This document shows, one piece after another, positions 36,171-48,879 of a stretch of 64,000 nucleotides of DNA; position 1 is the first letter of the stretch, and the number at the start of each line of letters is the position of its first letter. The stretch comes from Podarcis muralis (taxonomy: Eukaryota): assembly GCF_964188315.1 (NCBI RefSeq), contig NC_135662.1:7378001-7442000 (forward strand). Reading direction: 5' to 3'. The position numbers were made by a program, and so were the translations under genes. The notes beneath the pieces are model-generated. The model worked only from the letters and a program-made list of their open reading frames with translations, was not told where the DNA came from and made no database searches.

Positions 36171-36630
36171 GCTGGAAAATCTACTATTTTGGATGATTGT
36201 TTGTTAACTCTGTGTTTGGGCACCTACTGAGATATTGCATTCTTATTTTGCATGATGGTTCCTGAGATCAAGGGACAGGGTTTGTCTATGTTTTAATACA
36301 ACTGGATGTCATTATGAATCAAGATGGCAGACTGAAACTTGAAAAACTTCACTGCTTTTAATCACTGATTTCAAAACTTTGCTAGTTGTTTAGGTTTTTT
36401 TGGAATTCTCATGCAAAGCCAATCTGAAGCTTCTAATGTCACCCGTTCATGACAGCTTTCAGTTGCCTCGCCTTATAAAATAGTCAAAGTGTTGATGTGA
36501 AATGTTCAAATACTTCTGTAGTCCAGCTCAACCAGAGTGACTAATTCCCCTCTGTTTCCACCCTCCAACAGAACAGAAAACGGTGTGGAGTATTACGAGC
36601 AGCAGTGAGTGGGGCAGCAACATTTTCACC

Positions 36631-37611
36631 ATGGACACTGAAAACACATATGAAATGTACGGAGAGCAACTTCGCGCAACATGTTTCGAAGAAGAAATCT
36701 ACAGATATGCATTTTCTGAATTGGGTTATTATACTAAACCCATTGCCATCCTTATCTGCATATTTGGGTTGCTGGGGAATGGATATGTTTTGTGGCTCCT
36801 TGATTCCCATATTAAGAGAAATCCTTTCACCACCTACATCCTGAATTTGACTGCAGCTGACTTTGGCCTGCTCATGTTTTTGTCTCTGTCCCTTATCTTT
36901 TTGTTCGCTGATGACCTCTGTGGATTACCGCTCCCTGTTCGCATTTCTGCAATACCCCTGTTGCACTTATGCCAATTTTGCTATACTGCCAGTCTCTGTT
37001 TCCATACAATCATCAGTATAGAAAGATGCCTCTCTGTCTCTTTTCCGAGCTGCTACCAACATCGGCGACCACAATCCCTTTCGTCTGGGCTATCCGTGCT
37101 AGTCTGGATCCTGTGTGTCATGTTCTGCGGAATGGAAATTTCATTTTACCTGGTCTATAATATGGTATTATACCCAGTTGTCAAGAACATGTTCATTGTG
37201 GTCATATGGGTTTTGCCTCCAATTTTAGCTGTCTTCACTTTGCTCCTGCTGGTCAAAATGTGTTGCAACTCTCAGTGCCGACTGCCAGGAAGCCTAACTA
37301 CTGCCATTCTTCTCTCCCTCCTGTTTTTCCTCCTCTGCCATGGCCCATGGAGCATCGCATTTCTGCTATCCTCCCCTAAGCATTCACAAACTCTTATTGC
37401 ACTTTCTCAGCTCCTCCACTCTGTCAATGGCAGCATTAAACCAGTGCTTTATTACTTGGTGGGGAAACGGGGCAAATGTTCCTCTACAGAACCCCTGAAG
37501 GTCATTTTCAGGAGGGTCTTCCAGGATGAATACTATCCTCTGCAAGAGAACGTGTTGACTGATGCAGAGAAACTTAGTGCAGTAACTTGTTCAACCCAAG
37601 CCATCAACTGA
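36631..37611 (+). CDS. Mas-related GPCR (MRGPR/MAS-like), intact, 326 aa
   Basis: ACC-ATG-G start after a ccaacag acceptor (36571); 7TM with GLLGNG, IKRNPFTTYILNLTAAD, SIERCLSV, HRRP, KPVLYYLVG. Confidence 0.9.
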   Translation: MDTENTYEMYGEQLRATCFEEEIYRYAFSELGYYTKPIAILICIFGLLGNGYVLWLLDSHIKRNPFTTYILNLTAADFGLLMFLSLSLIFLFADDLCGLPLPVRISAIPLLHLCQFCYTASLCFHTIISIERCLSVSFPSCYQHRRPQSLSSGLSVLVWILCVMFCGMEISFYLVYNMVLYPVVKNMFIVVIWVLPPILAVFTLLLLVKMCCNSQCRLPGSLTTAILLSLLFFLLCHGPWSIAFLLSSPKHSQTLIALSQLLHSVNGSIKPVLYYLVGKRGKCSSTEPLKVIFRRVFQDEYYPLQENVLTDAEKLSAVTCSTQAIN

Positions 37612-37849
37612 CTAAGCCAGCATTGTTCTTGAATGGAAATGCTTTGATCCTGGACTATGTAAGAATAATTGCTCATAGTGGACTATACCATGAAGCTCAA
37701 TCTCCTTACCCAGGAATGAAGATGCAAGATGCAATCAATCGGCACAACAAAAAGCCACAGCTTCATTAACTCAAAGGAATGCTTTTCTCTTGCCATACTG
37801 ATTTAACTGCTACTTCTCTCTAGCTTAGTATTGATAAAGTTGCTGCAGC

Positions 37850-38365
37850 ATAGTCCATTGCCGTCAGGAACCTCAGGGTACCTCCCTGTGTGGAGCAAAG
37901 TCAGCCATGTTGATGACTATCACTGCCTCTTGTGGGAGCATAGTCCCATAGTAAACTGCTCAGGACCGCAATACCTCAAGGATGACCTCTCTCCGTGTGA
38001 ACCTACCTGGACCCTGAGATCCTCATCTGAGGCCCTCCTTCATGTGCCTCCTCCACAAAGAGGTCTCAAGAACGGACCTTTTCTGCAGTGGTCCCCCATT
38101 TGTGGAATGCTCTCCCCAGGAGGGTTTGCTTGGCCCCATCCTTATACACCTTTAGGCACCAGGCAAATACTTTCCTGTTTAACCAGGCCTTTGGCAGATT
38201 CACATCCAATACCCTCTTAAAATGTGTTGGAAGGGGCATCTGTTATTGAGTTGCTTTTGTTTATATTCTATATTTTGTGCTTTTATATTGTGATTGTATC
38301 TTGTGAACCACCCTGAGACCTGCGGGTATAGGGAAGTGTACAAATTTAATATATAATAATAATAG
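37850..38365 (+). mobile_element. Old L2 3' fragment
   Basis: cccgcaatacctcaaggat..., ctgagatcctcatctgaggccct, gtgaaccaccctgagacc...gggaagtgtacaaat tail. Confidence 0.75.
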
Positions 38366-39022
38366 TTTAACTATGCACTGTGTGAATTGATTTGCCTGTG
38401 TGAAGAAATACTTTCTTTTGCCCCAGATGCTGTAACCTTTCCTCAGAGGGAAGTCAGGAGTCAGGGAATTTGATCCCTCCCAGGGTGGCAGCCAATAAGC
38501 AGATAAAAAAAGAAGAGTTACTACCAAGTCTTTAATTCAAGATTCACAATAGAAGACATAGCAATGCCACCTCTTTTAGATAATGGCATTGCTCCGTGTA
38601 AAGTCCCACCGCCTCCATCTCTCCTATCATACGTCATCTCTCCACCGGCTCATCTGTGCTTTCTGGCTTTAATCCTTCTCTTCTACTACTCTCAATGCTG
38701 GCCAGGACCTGGGATAAGGGGAGGGGTCTGGCATGCTTTCCAAAGACACCGAGTCTGTCAGCTGTCTCTACCCTGGTGCTTCTTCTTCCTTCTGCTCCTC
38801 TCCCAATATTTCCCAGCTTCTGCCCTCTGCAGCCTCTGAAATGTGACCTTCTGCAAACCACTGTTCTAAATCTATACTGTCTCCCTCTTCTCTGGGAAGT
38901 GCAGCAGAGGGGGGTGGGGTTCTCCACCATTCCTCCTCAGACCAGTCATATGTAGTCCTTTTAGGCACTGCCATGGGTTCTTTGAAACCTTTGATTAGGA
39001 GGAATTCAGTGATGTACTAAGG

Positions 39023-39417
39023 CAGGGGTCAGCAACCTAAGGCCCATGGGCCGGAAGCAGCCCACGGAGGCCACTTAACCGGCCCCCAAGCCTCCCCCAA
39101 ACTGAGTCGCCCTCTCAGCGAGTCCCTGAGTGCTGCACTAAACCGGCGCAGTGCAGCATGGGGACTCTTTTTCGCGGCTCCCGAAATCACTTCTTTGCAT
39201 GCCCAGATGCCAGAAATCGTGTCTGCGCATGTCCAAGGTGCTGGAAATTGCTTCTTCACAGGCACAATTTCCAGCGTCTGGGCATGCGCAGAAGCAACTC
39301 CCGGCACCGCGGACATGCGCAGACATGATTTTCAGCATTGTGCTGCACCGGCCCGGCCCACAGAGGATCTCCACGTGAGTGATCCGGCCCATGGCTGGTA
39401 AGCCTTGCCGACCCCTG
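39023..39417. mobile_element. hAT-type MITE
   Basis: CAGGGGTCAGCAA / TTGCCGACCCCTG TIRs, 8-bp TSD TA(C/T)TAAGG. Confidence 0.9.
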
Positions 39418-39789
39418 TATTAAGGCATCCATTCTGTCTAGTTAAGAATCTTTGCTTGCTAGTCAGAATGATCACCCTCTTCTGACACACTTCATATTGC
39501 AAGGTTTATCCCAGTCCCTGCAGGCCAATTTTGGTGAGCACATAGGGGTGGTGGTGGTGGAATATTTGCTCAGGGCTTCTGATGGTGGGGTTTGCTAGCT
39601 GAATCCCTCCCACTTTATTTGCAATTCTCTATAGTCACCTTGGGGCCTTCAATAAGACAATGAATGTATAAGGTTATTCAGAAGAATAACAATAGCATAT
39701 GCTGCTGCTGTCCCTTGCTATGAATTTGCATGTTGCCTTCTAAAGTGGGAAGCAGGTGGCCAAGGAGGTTGAAGGAGGTGGATTTAGAG

Positions 39790-40143
39790 CAGTGTGGCCT
39801 TGGTTCAGTATACCTGAAGGAGCGTATCCACCTCCATCATTCTGCCCGGACACTGAGGTCCAGCTCCGAGGGCCTTCTGGCAGTTCCCTCGCTGCGAGAA
39901 GCCAAGTTACAGGGAACCAGATAGAGGGCCTTCTCAGTAGTGGCACCCACCCTGTGGAATGCCCTCCCACCAGATGTCAAAGAGAAAAACGACTACCAGA
40001 CTTTTAGAAGACATCTGAAGGCAGCCCTGTTTAGGGAAGCTTTGAATGCTTAATAGATTATTGTATTTTAATATTCTGTTGGAAGCCGCCCAGAGTGGCT
40101 GAGGAAACCCAGCCAGATGGGCGGGGTATAAATAATTATTATT
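39790..40143 (+). mobile_element. L2 3' fragment
   Basis: YLKERIHLHHSARTLRSSSEGLL, L2 3' end, (ATT) tail. Confidence 0.9.
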
Positions 40144-40676
40144 CCACTGCACTGGGGTCAATGGAAGGCATCACCACTCTGACATAATGCATGTACTGAA
40201 TGGACGGCAAAAGTTGCAGGGTGCCAATTTTTTGCCTTGCAGAGGGTGCCAGTGAAATTTGAAAGTCCAAAGACTTTGAGGAGGACTGACCTGATGATGT
40301 ACCACAGCCAGATCCACAGTTTCTTCTGCTCCTGTCCAGGCGAGCCAACAACCATGACCCCCCTTGCCACTGATTTGCCTGCCATAGCAACAGCTTATTA
40401 TTAGATGTAAAAGGTTTGCCTTTTGTATTCTTTGGGGTACTACTGACTCTCATGTTGCTTTTTATGATCTCAGAGCTGCCCCGTCCCATTCATGGTTAGC
40501 AGCTTTTAAGCCTTTTGACAATGTCAATAAATAGGTAATGAAATGAAAGACTAAAGCTAGTCAATATTGATTGCTTTCTCTGTTCCAACCGCTTCTTTCT
40601 CTTTGAAAATGTCCCCATGTGTACAGGAAGGAGTGATGCTTAGTTCTCATGTTCAGTGTGTGTGCCTTTGACGGTG

Positions 40677-40845
40677 CAGGTAGCCATGTTGGTCTGACGC
40701 ACTCAATATATATAAATGTCCAGTAGACCTTACAGACCAACTACGTTTGTTCTTGGTATAAGCTTTTGTGTATATGCATGCACGCGAAAGCTTATACCAA
40801 GAACACACTTAGTTGGTCGCTAAGGTGCTACTGGACAATTTTTTA
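40677..40845. mobile_element. Penelope-like terminal fragment in fold-back arrangement
   Basis: Same family as 16460; imperfect palindrome at 40717-40837. Confidence 0.7.
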
Positions 40846-42497
40846 AAAAATATATATATTTTAAAAGATTGTTTAGGTAGAGGTTTAACAACAACCACAA
40901 TCACCACCACCACAACAACAGTAATAATTTTATTTATATCCTGCCTGTGCCCTGACAGGGACTCAAGATAGCATACAGATAAAAACAAGAATGGCTAAAA
41001 ACATAAAAAAAAACAATAATTAAAAACAAACAAACAAGTAAACATTGATATTCACTCTTAAGCTGTAACATTTGATACAAGATATTAGTTAACTTGAGAA
41101 GAAATGAGATAATCCAGCATATTGTGTGCACCATAATATTTAACCTTGAGTTGCATCACGTTGGCCAGTGACCCACAGCAAGGTCGTGACTCATGTTTTC
41201 CCCAGTCAAGCTAGCTCTCTGAAGAAAGGAAAGTTCATAGCCTCCATTCTGCCCTTTTTCCACTGCCCGCAAAAGACATCACTCTATATATCTAGTAAGA
41301 TAAACAGTGGCCTGCTTTAGGAGAACAAGAGGAAGGAAAATGAAAGACAGGATACATGACAGCAGAGAGGAAACCAAGGCAATTCTCCAAGTGGCTACCA
41401 AGGTGCTTACTTTATGTTGCCCACAAGGATCGCCAAGCTGAACCTACAATTCAGAAATTTCCATTATTCCTATTATTCATTTCATCACTATGCCTCTGTA
41501 TATATTTTTAAAAAAACCTCAGTGTGGTTTAAAACACATTAGAGCATCAAATCCAGGATAAAACAATACTGAAGAAAGTTAAATATACATTCAAAGCAAA
41601 ATAGTTACCAGGAAACTATTATATTGTCTTAAACATTTCAAAAGAAAACATTACTAGAAGAAGCCAAATTTAAAAAATGCACATTTAAGACAGCACAATT
41701 GACAAGGTAATAAAATGTTATTGTAAGCATAGAACATGTCTGCTCCTGTTGGTGCCAATCCTGTGGAGTCTGCAGTGTCATTAAGAAGTATGGCTTATTT
41801 ACACATATTTACACCTGAGTTTTGAGGGAGGGAGTTCAAGACCTCCTCCCCAAAGGTGTCTCTTGCTGCTTCAGCCAGCTGGAGTCCAGAGCAGTCAGCT
41901 ATGCTCGCCAGTCTCTAGGTTGCAGCCTGCACTCATGAAGTTCTCACTTTTGTCCTCTTTCCTCTTCCCAGAACATATCCAGGAACATATAGGGGGGAAT
42001 CTGACACACAGGGATCTGGGGATACCTTTTAACAATATTATCTGTGGTGGAACCAGGTTGGATTGGAGATGCAGGAGGTTCTGCCAAGGGACCAGATGGC
42101 TTTTACAGCAGCTCAAGCTTCACACCTAATGACCAGGTGTGTTAAATTCACACTTTCACCCCATGGGTGTGCAGAGCTTCCAAAGGGATGGAGTTGAAAA
42201 GAATCCTGCTTAGGCCTTTGAAGCCTTGCAGCCCTTGGTATTTGAACAAATCCCACTTGGTGAATGATTAATTTTTCTTTATTAAACTTTATGCCACCTG
42301 ATGTTCATGTTAGCTACTAAGCAAATAACAAGTATAAGAACTAAAGGAGCAAACATTAAAAGATAAACACCCATGATTATAAGTTGCAGAAAAGAAGCAG
42401 AAAAACACAAATCTACAGACTTTTTTTTTTTTAGAATAAACCTATGTTGTTGGTCATCTCTAATGCCATCCCCACAGCTTAGCTTACAAGGAGACAT

Positions 42498-43478
42498 TTA
42501 AGGAGTCATCATCATTGAATCTGTTGTGGCTGGAAGACTCTGATCTTCTCTGCAATCAGCTTTGTCACTAAAAACTCTTTCCAGCACCACCTTCAAGGGT
42601 TCCCTGGATCGATGCGTCTTTTTCCTTCCAATTAAGAAGTAAATGAATGGATTAACACTGCTGTTGATAACAGCAGATACTACTCCAAATAATGCCGTTA
42701 TTATATTAATATCAGCAAGTAAACATTGAACAGTTATTATGACACTGAGTGGAACACCAAAAATGAGGAAGAAAAGAAGAGCAAGCAAGAGCGCTGTGTA
42801 GAACTTTCCTCGTTGGCGTCGATGTAAACTGCAGCAGACCTTGATGAAAAGGATCACAGTACAGATCACCACAACAAGTGTGCAAAATACAGAGTTGATC
42901 ATATGAACGACACAAATCATTATGTAAAAGTCTGCATATTGGGTTAAAATGAAAAAGTTATAGATTCCAAACACCAGAATGGACATTGTCCATATTAATG
43001 CACAAACAATTTCAGACAGGTGTTCTAGACGGTGGCATCGATACCAGATTGGGAAGACAACAGAGAGACATTTCTCGGCACTGATGGCTGTCAGTAGATA
43101 TAAGCTAATGGCATGTGTGGAAATAAACAGTTCAAAACCCAGCCGAGAGGAAATTCCTCCTACATGCCAAAATCTAGCTGACATTGAAAATGCTAAAGTT
43201 ACAAGGACACAAGAATCAGCTACAGCCAAGTTCAAGATGTAGGTGGTGATGGGATTCTTCTTCACGATGAAGCAGAGAAACCAGATGACAATTGCATTCC
43301 CCACCAGGCCACATATGAATATTGTAAGGATGAAAAGAAAGAAAAAGAGCAGCAGGTAATATGTGAAGGAAGAAAGTTCAGATTCATCATCTTCCTCTGG
43401 GAATGCTGAAGGGCTGTAGTCTCCAGAAAACCCATCAATGGTTAAACCAAGTGATGCGGCTGTGCTCTGCTCAGCCAT
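42498..43478 (-). CDS. Mas-related GPCR (MRGPR-like), intact, 326 aa
   Basis: ATG (MAEQST) after cttgcag acceptor; GLVGNA, VKKNPITTYILNLAVAD, SAEKCLSV, WYRCHR, NSSVNPFIYFLIG; AATAAA at 42278-42283 (-). Confidence 0.92.
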   Translation of the reverse strand: MAEQSTAASLGLTIDGFSGDYSPSAFPEEDDESELSSFTYYLLLFFFLFILTIFICGLVGNAIVIWFLCFIVKKNPITTYILNLAVADSCVLVTLAFSMSARFWHVGGISSRLGFELFISTHAISLYLLTAISAEKCLSVVFPIWYRCHRLEHLSEIVCALIWTMSILVFGIYNFFILTQYADFYIMICVVHMINSVFCTLVVVICTVILFIKVCCSLHRRQRGKFYTALLLALLFFLIFGVPLSVIITVQCLLADINIITALFGVVSAVINSSVNPFIYFLIGRKKTHRSREPLKVVLERVFSDKADCREDQSLPATTDSMMMTP

Positions 43479-45167
43479 AATGAAATCTTTTCCTTTGGAT
43501 TCTTCCTTCTTCCCTGTTCTCTGCACTATGTCTGCAAGCAGAAGGGATGAGGATCAGAAGGGATAATCACTAAAAGTAAGTGCCTACACACTTCCAATAT
43601 GGAAAGCTTCTAACTCATTTGTTATAGGTAGCCCAGGAAAGAGATTAACCCTACTCACCTCCTACAGCTTCAAGAAGAAGAATAGAAATATAAAATTGTT
43701 GAGTCTGAAGGGACCCTAAGGATCATTCACTCCAACCCCCTGCAATGCAGGAAAATGTTTTGGGCAAAATAAAGAAGAGGTTCATAGAAGAGGCACAAGA
43801 CTCCCAACGTATATAAGAAATAACTCTGGTTACACAGTCTTCTCTGCCCCTTCCTCTATGATGGTATCTCAGCCAACTGTTGTAGCTGTTTATCAGGCTA
43901 AAATTATCAGGGTTGAGAGAGGAAAATAAATCGTACACAAGTTATGAGATCGCATGACTTTAAACAAGCCTCCTCCAGTCTGATGTCATCCAGATTTTTT
44001 GGACTACAATTCCCACCATGTTGTGCTGGATGGGAGTGGGAGATGTAGTTCCAAACATCTGGAGGGCACCAGGTTGGGAAAAGTTCCTTAAACAAAGGCA
44101 TGGAGTTGATCCTAAAGCAAGGATGCAATGTTCTTACATGGCAACTCAGATGTGTCTGGGGATAGCCTCTAGCAGCAAAATGTCTCAGGACCAGTCCTGA
44201 AAAGACCATCAGGTATCATTGTAACGATGTTCTTTTATTCTTGACTACCCTTGTAAGGTTGCCAGCAAATTTGGAAAAGATTAGAACAGATGCCCCTGTA
44301 GTTGTGTGAGCACAAGTTGTTCAGTGTGGACACATCAACTAGTTTAAGTTTTCATAGCACAAAGATAATGGATTACAGCCAAAGGATACAGTGGAACTTC
44401 TTCTGCAGTGGAGCCTGCAGAGTCTTTAAGGAATGTGGTTTCTTTACTCATATTTACACCTGAGCTTAGTTGGAGGGAGTGCAGAACCTCCCTCCCCAAT
44501 AGTGTCTCTTGCTGCTTCTCTCATAGCTTCAGTCAGCTGGAAACCAGAGCAGTCAGCTATGCTCGCCATTCTCTAGGTTGCAGCCTGCACTCATGAAGTT
44601 CTCACCTTTGTTCTCTTTCCTCTTCCCAGAACATATCCAGGAATATATAGGAGGGAATTTGACACACAGGGATTTGGGATACCTTGTTCCACCACAAACC
44701 TGTAACAATATTATTTGTGGTGGAACCAGGTTAGATTGGAGATACAGGAGGTTTTGCCAGGGGACCAGATGGCTTTTACAGCAGCTCAAGCTTCACACGT
44801 AATGACCAGGTGTGTTAAATTCACACGTTCACCCCATGGGTGTGCAGAGCTTCCAAAGGGATGCAATTGTGAAGAATCCTGCTTAGGCCTTTGAAGCCTT
44901 GGAGGTCCTTGGTATTTGAACAAATCCCACTTGGTGAATGATTAATTTTTCTTTATTAATTTGTATGCCATCTGATGTTCATGTTGGCTACTAAGCAAAT
45001 TACAAGTATAAAAACTAAAGGAGCAAACATTAAAAATAAACACCCATGATTATAAGTTGTAGAAAAGAAGCAGAAAAATACAAATCTACAGACTTTTTTT
45101 TAAGAATAAATCTATGTTGTTGGTCATCTCTAATGCCATCCCCACAGCTTAGCTTACAAGGAGAGAC

Positions 45168-46154
45168 TTAAGGAGTCATCATAATTGAATCTGTTGTGGC
45201 TGGAAGACTCCGATCTTCTCTGCAATCATCTTTGTCACTAAAAACTCTTTCCAGCACCACCTTCAAGGGTTCCCTGGATCGATGCGTCTTTTTCCTTCCA
45301 ATTAAGAAGTAAATGAATGGATTAACACTGCTGTTGATAACAGCAGATACTACTCCAAATAATGCCGTTATTAAATTAACACCAGGAAAAAGATATTGAA
45401 CAGTTATTATGACACTGAGTGGAACACCAAAAATAAGGAAGAAAAGAAGAGCAAGTAAGAGTGCTGTGTAGAACTTTCCTCGTTGGCGTCGATGTAAACT
45501 GCAGCAGACCTTGATGAAAAGGACCACAGTACAGATCACCACAACAAGTGTGCAAAATACAGAGTTGATCATATGAATGACACAAATCATTATGTCAAAG
45601 TCTGCATTTTCGGTTGAAATGACAAAGTGATAAATTCCAAAGACCAGAATGGACATTGCCCATATTAATGCACAAACAATTTCAGACAGGTGTTCTAGAC
45701 GGTGGCATCGATACCAGAGTGGGAAGACAACAGAGAGACATTTCTCGGCACTGATGGCTGTCAGTAGATATAAGCTAATGGCATGTGTGGAAATAAACAG
45801 TTCAAAACCCAGCCCAGAGGAAATTCCTCCTACATCCCAAAAGCTAGCTGAAATTGCAAGTGCTAAAGTTACAAGGACACAAGAATCAGCTACAGCCAAG
45901 TTCAAGATGTAGGTGGTGATGGGATTCTTCTTCACGATGAAGCAGAGAAACCAGATGACAATTGCATTCCCCACCAGGCCACATATGAATATTGCAAGGG
46001 TAATAATGAAAAGACAGGCAAAGAGAAACAGGTAATGTGTGAAGGAAGCAAGTTCAGATTCATCATCTTCCTCTGGGAATGCTGAAAGGCTGTAGTCTCC
46101 AGAAAACCCATCAATGGTTAAAGCAAGTGATGCTGCTGTGCTCTGCTCAGCCAT
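45168..46154 (-). CDS. Mas-related GPCR (MRGPR-like), intact, 328 aa; tandem twin of 42498
   Basis: Same motifs and start context as 42498; AATAAA at 44952-44957 (-). Confidence 0.92.
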   Translation of the reverse strand: MAEQSTAASLALTIDGFSGDYSLSAFPEEDDESELASFTHYLFLFACLFIITLAIFICGLVGNAIVIWFLCFIVKKNPITTYILNLAVADSCVLVTLALAISASFWDVGGISSGLGFELFISTHAISLYLLTAISAEKCLSVVFPLWYRCHRLEHLSEIVCALIWAMSILVFGIYHFVISTENADFDIMICVIHMINSVFCTLVVVICTVVLFIKVCCSLHRRQRGKFYTALLLALLFFLIFGVPLSVIITVQYLFPGVNLITALFGVVSAVINSSVNPFIYFLIGRKKTHRSREPLKVVLERVFSDKDDCREDRSLPATTDSIMMTP

Positions 46155-47177
46155 AATGAAATCTTTTCCTTTGGATTCTTCCTTCTTCCCCGTTCTCTGC
46201 ACTATGTCTGCAAGCAGAAGGGATGAGGATCAGAAGGGATAATCACTAAAAGTAAGTGCCTACACAATTCCAGTATGGAAAGCTTCTAACTCACTTGTTA
46301 TAGGTAGCCCAGGAAAGAAATTAGCACTACTCACCTGCTACAGCTTCAAGAAGAAGAACAGAAATATAGAATTGTCGAATCTGAAGGGATCATTCACTCC
46401 AACCCCCTGGAATGCAGGAAAAAGTTTTGGGCAAAATAAAGAAGAGGTTCATAGAAGAGGCACAAGACTCCCAATGTATATAAGAAATAACTTTCGTTAA
46501 ACAGTCTTCTCTGCCCCTTCCTCTATGATGGTATCTCAGCCAACTGTTGTAGCTGTTTATCAGGCTAAAATTATCAGGGACCAGAGAGGAAGATAAATTG
46601 AACACAAGTTCTGAGATGACATGACTTCAAACAAGCCTCCTCCAGTCTGATGTCATCCAGATTTTTTGGACTACAACTCCCACCATGTTGTGCTGTATGG
46701 GAGTGGGAGATGTAGTTCCAAACATCTGGAGGGCACCAGGTTGGGGAAAGTTGCCTTAAACAAAGGAATGGAGTTGATCCTAAAGCAAGGATGCAATGTT
46801 CTCAGATGCCAACTCAGATGTTTCTGGGGATAGCCTCTAGCAGCAAAATGTCTCAGGACCAGTCCTGAAAAGGCCTTCAGGTATCATTGTAATGAATTAC
46901 AAATTGTAATGAAATTCCAGCAATTTCGTGAAGACCATGATGTAGAGAAGCCACTTTCCCCTTATGTGCAAGGGAGGAGGGAGGAGGAAACAATGGAGAA
47001 CATGGTACTATGACAATACTTGTGGTTATTTACCAATCCTCCACAGCACCAGCATTTTTATGTGCATGTTTGGAGCAGTGGTGGACTTTGGGATCTAAAA
47101 TTTCCGTGGCCCACTGTGCAATTCTCAAAACTTTTTGCTGCCTCTGCCTCTCATCTTCTGTTCCAAGTCATCCTTGC

Positions 47178-47445
47178 CCCAGTGTGGTGTAGTGGTTAAG
47201 AGTGCTAGACTCGTAATCTGGTGAACCGTGTTCGCTTCCCTGCTCCTCCACATGCAGCTGCTGGGTGACCTTGGGCTAGTCATGCTTCTCTGAAGTCTCT
47301 CAGCCTCACTCACCTCACAGAGTGTTTGTTGTGGGGGAGGAAGGGAAAGGAGATTGTTAACCGCTTTGAGACTCCTTCGGGTAGTGATAAAGCGGGATAT
47401 CAATTCCAAACTCCTCCTCCTCCTCCTCCTCTTCTTCTTCTTCCA
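47178..47445 (+). mobile_element. Squam3-like SINE
   Basis: ccagtgtggtgtagtggttaagag head, (CCT)(CTT)n tail. Confidence 0.9.
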
Positions 47446-47499
47446 GTGCCCTCTTGGCTTGGTGCCCAGTGCTGGCAAACTGGTTGTGCTTTCCTAAAT

Positions 47500-48290
47500 C
47501 CACTTCTGTTTCCATTGGTGAAGACTGGAATTGCCATCTGGTTTCTGAACATATGCTTTGTGCATCTGCACCAAGAAAAGTACTCCCTTGATCGCCTAAC
47601 TTGCTGAATTTGCCTGTAGTTGACTTCAACTTCTTCCCTTTTGTGCTCCTGCCACTCCCTTTTTTGGCACTGAGCACTCTCAGAAATAACCAACAAGATC
47701 ATTGTCACTAAAGAGGCCAGTAATTTACCTCCTTTGGTTTGCTTATACTGGACAGCCCAGTGTGGCTTGCTTTCCAATCTAGGATTGTTTTGCCCAGTCA
47801 GAATACATTTCTGCTTTGCCTTCATGGCTGCTCTGGCCCACTTCTGGCTTGTTGCCTGGAACAGCAAAGCTATTTTGCCATCTTTTGTCATATGAATGTT
47901 TTCTCCACAATTATCAGGATAATCTGTACCAAGAATGCCCTTATCATCGCTCTTCTTGTCTCTACATTGATTAGGTTCACCAAGATGTGCTGCAGCTCAC
48001 AAGATCAGCCAATAATGTTTTATGTGACCGTTACTGCTCACTCTCCCTTCATTTCCTTTGCTATTCCATTTAGAATATTGTACTTCATAGACTGTTTAGG
48101 TTATACATCCATTATTCTTCTTATGTTGCTTTGATTTCTCTTTACTGCTTTCAGAAACACCATTCATCCTTTGCTTTGCTTTGTCATTGAGGGAAACGGG
48201 AAATGTGGAATTGAAAGAATCTGAGATATGTGTTCCTGGCACATAATAAAGCACTAAGAAGCTTCTGGAGAGCAATGATTTCCAAATAAG
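47500..48290 (+). pseudogene. Highly decayed MRGPR pseudogene
   Basis: Remnants LVKTGIAIWFLNICF (TM1) and LLVSTLIRFTKMCCSSQDQP...FAIPF (TM5-6); frameshifts and stops. Confidence 0.65.
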
Positions 48291-48879
48291 GATGAACAAC
48301 GTCAGCCTGTTTCTGTTCTGTGTCAGTTTCATAAGATAGCTCAGTCCTGACTCTGTTTCTGTCCCCTTAAAAACAAGAGAAACAAACATTTCACATTTAA
48401 ATTGTCTGCACTTTTGTACTCAGTTTCCCTAAAATACACGTTGTGTACAGATTTCCTGCCTAAAATAAGCATTGCCTTATGTTTTCCTATTCATTTCAAC
48501 TAAAAATGCTTATAAATGCATGCTTTCTCATAGAATATATTTTTGTGTACATTATGTAATGTGTTTTGAACTATACCTGCACTGCAAAATTTAGAGAAGT
48601 GCATGATTTTTCTCCTCTGTTGCTTTGATGGAAGTGTTTCCCCCCTTGCTAGGGGCACCCCTTGCAAAGGTGAAAAGCATGGTGCTACCTGGCATCTATG
48701 ATATTGTGTGTGTGTGTGTGTGAGAGTCTCATGTGGACCAATGGGAGTAGGGCAGGCATAGCCCTATTTAGGCTAATGGCTTCATCAATTAAATGCAGCA
48801 GCCTGCCCACCCTCCTCATATGGTAGTATTGGATTAGCTGGTTGCCCATTGGGAACGTGAATAGGAATACTTTTAGTGT

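Larger units (their letters stand above)
41760..46895. repeat. Tandem segmental duplication, two ~2.5-kb units (41760-44225, 44405-46895), each holding one MRGPR gene
   Basis: Co-linear high identity across 3' flank, CDS, 127-nt intron and upstream sequence; offset ~2.65 kb. Confidence 0.95.

Noticed and set aside
40158-40385. Minus ORF with VVGSPG...LWIWLWYII faintly resembling MRGPR TM1
   Set aside because: No KNP/LNLAxAD or other downstream family motifs in any frame.
43479-43526. N-terminal extensions in the ORF track (MQRTGKK at 43526 and 46202; MWSIT at 36583; MFFQ at 21600; MYIKK at 59887)
   Set aside because: They start at GTG/TTG codons in UTR or intronic sequence; the ATG or splice-acceptor positions were used instead.
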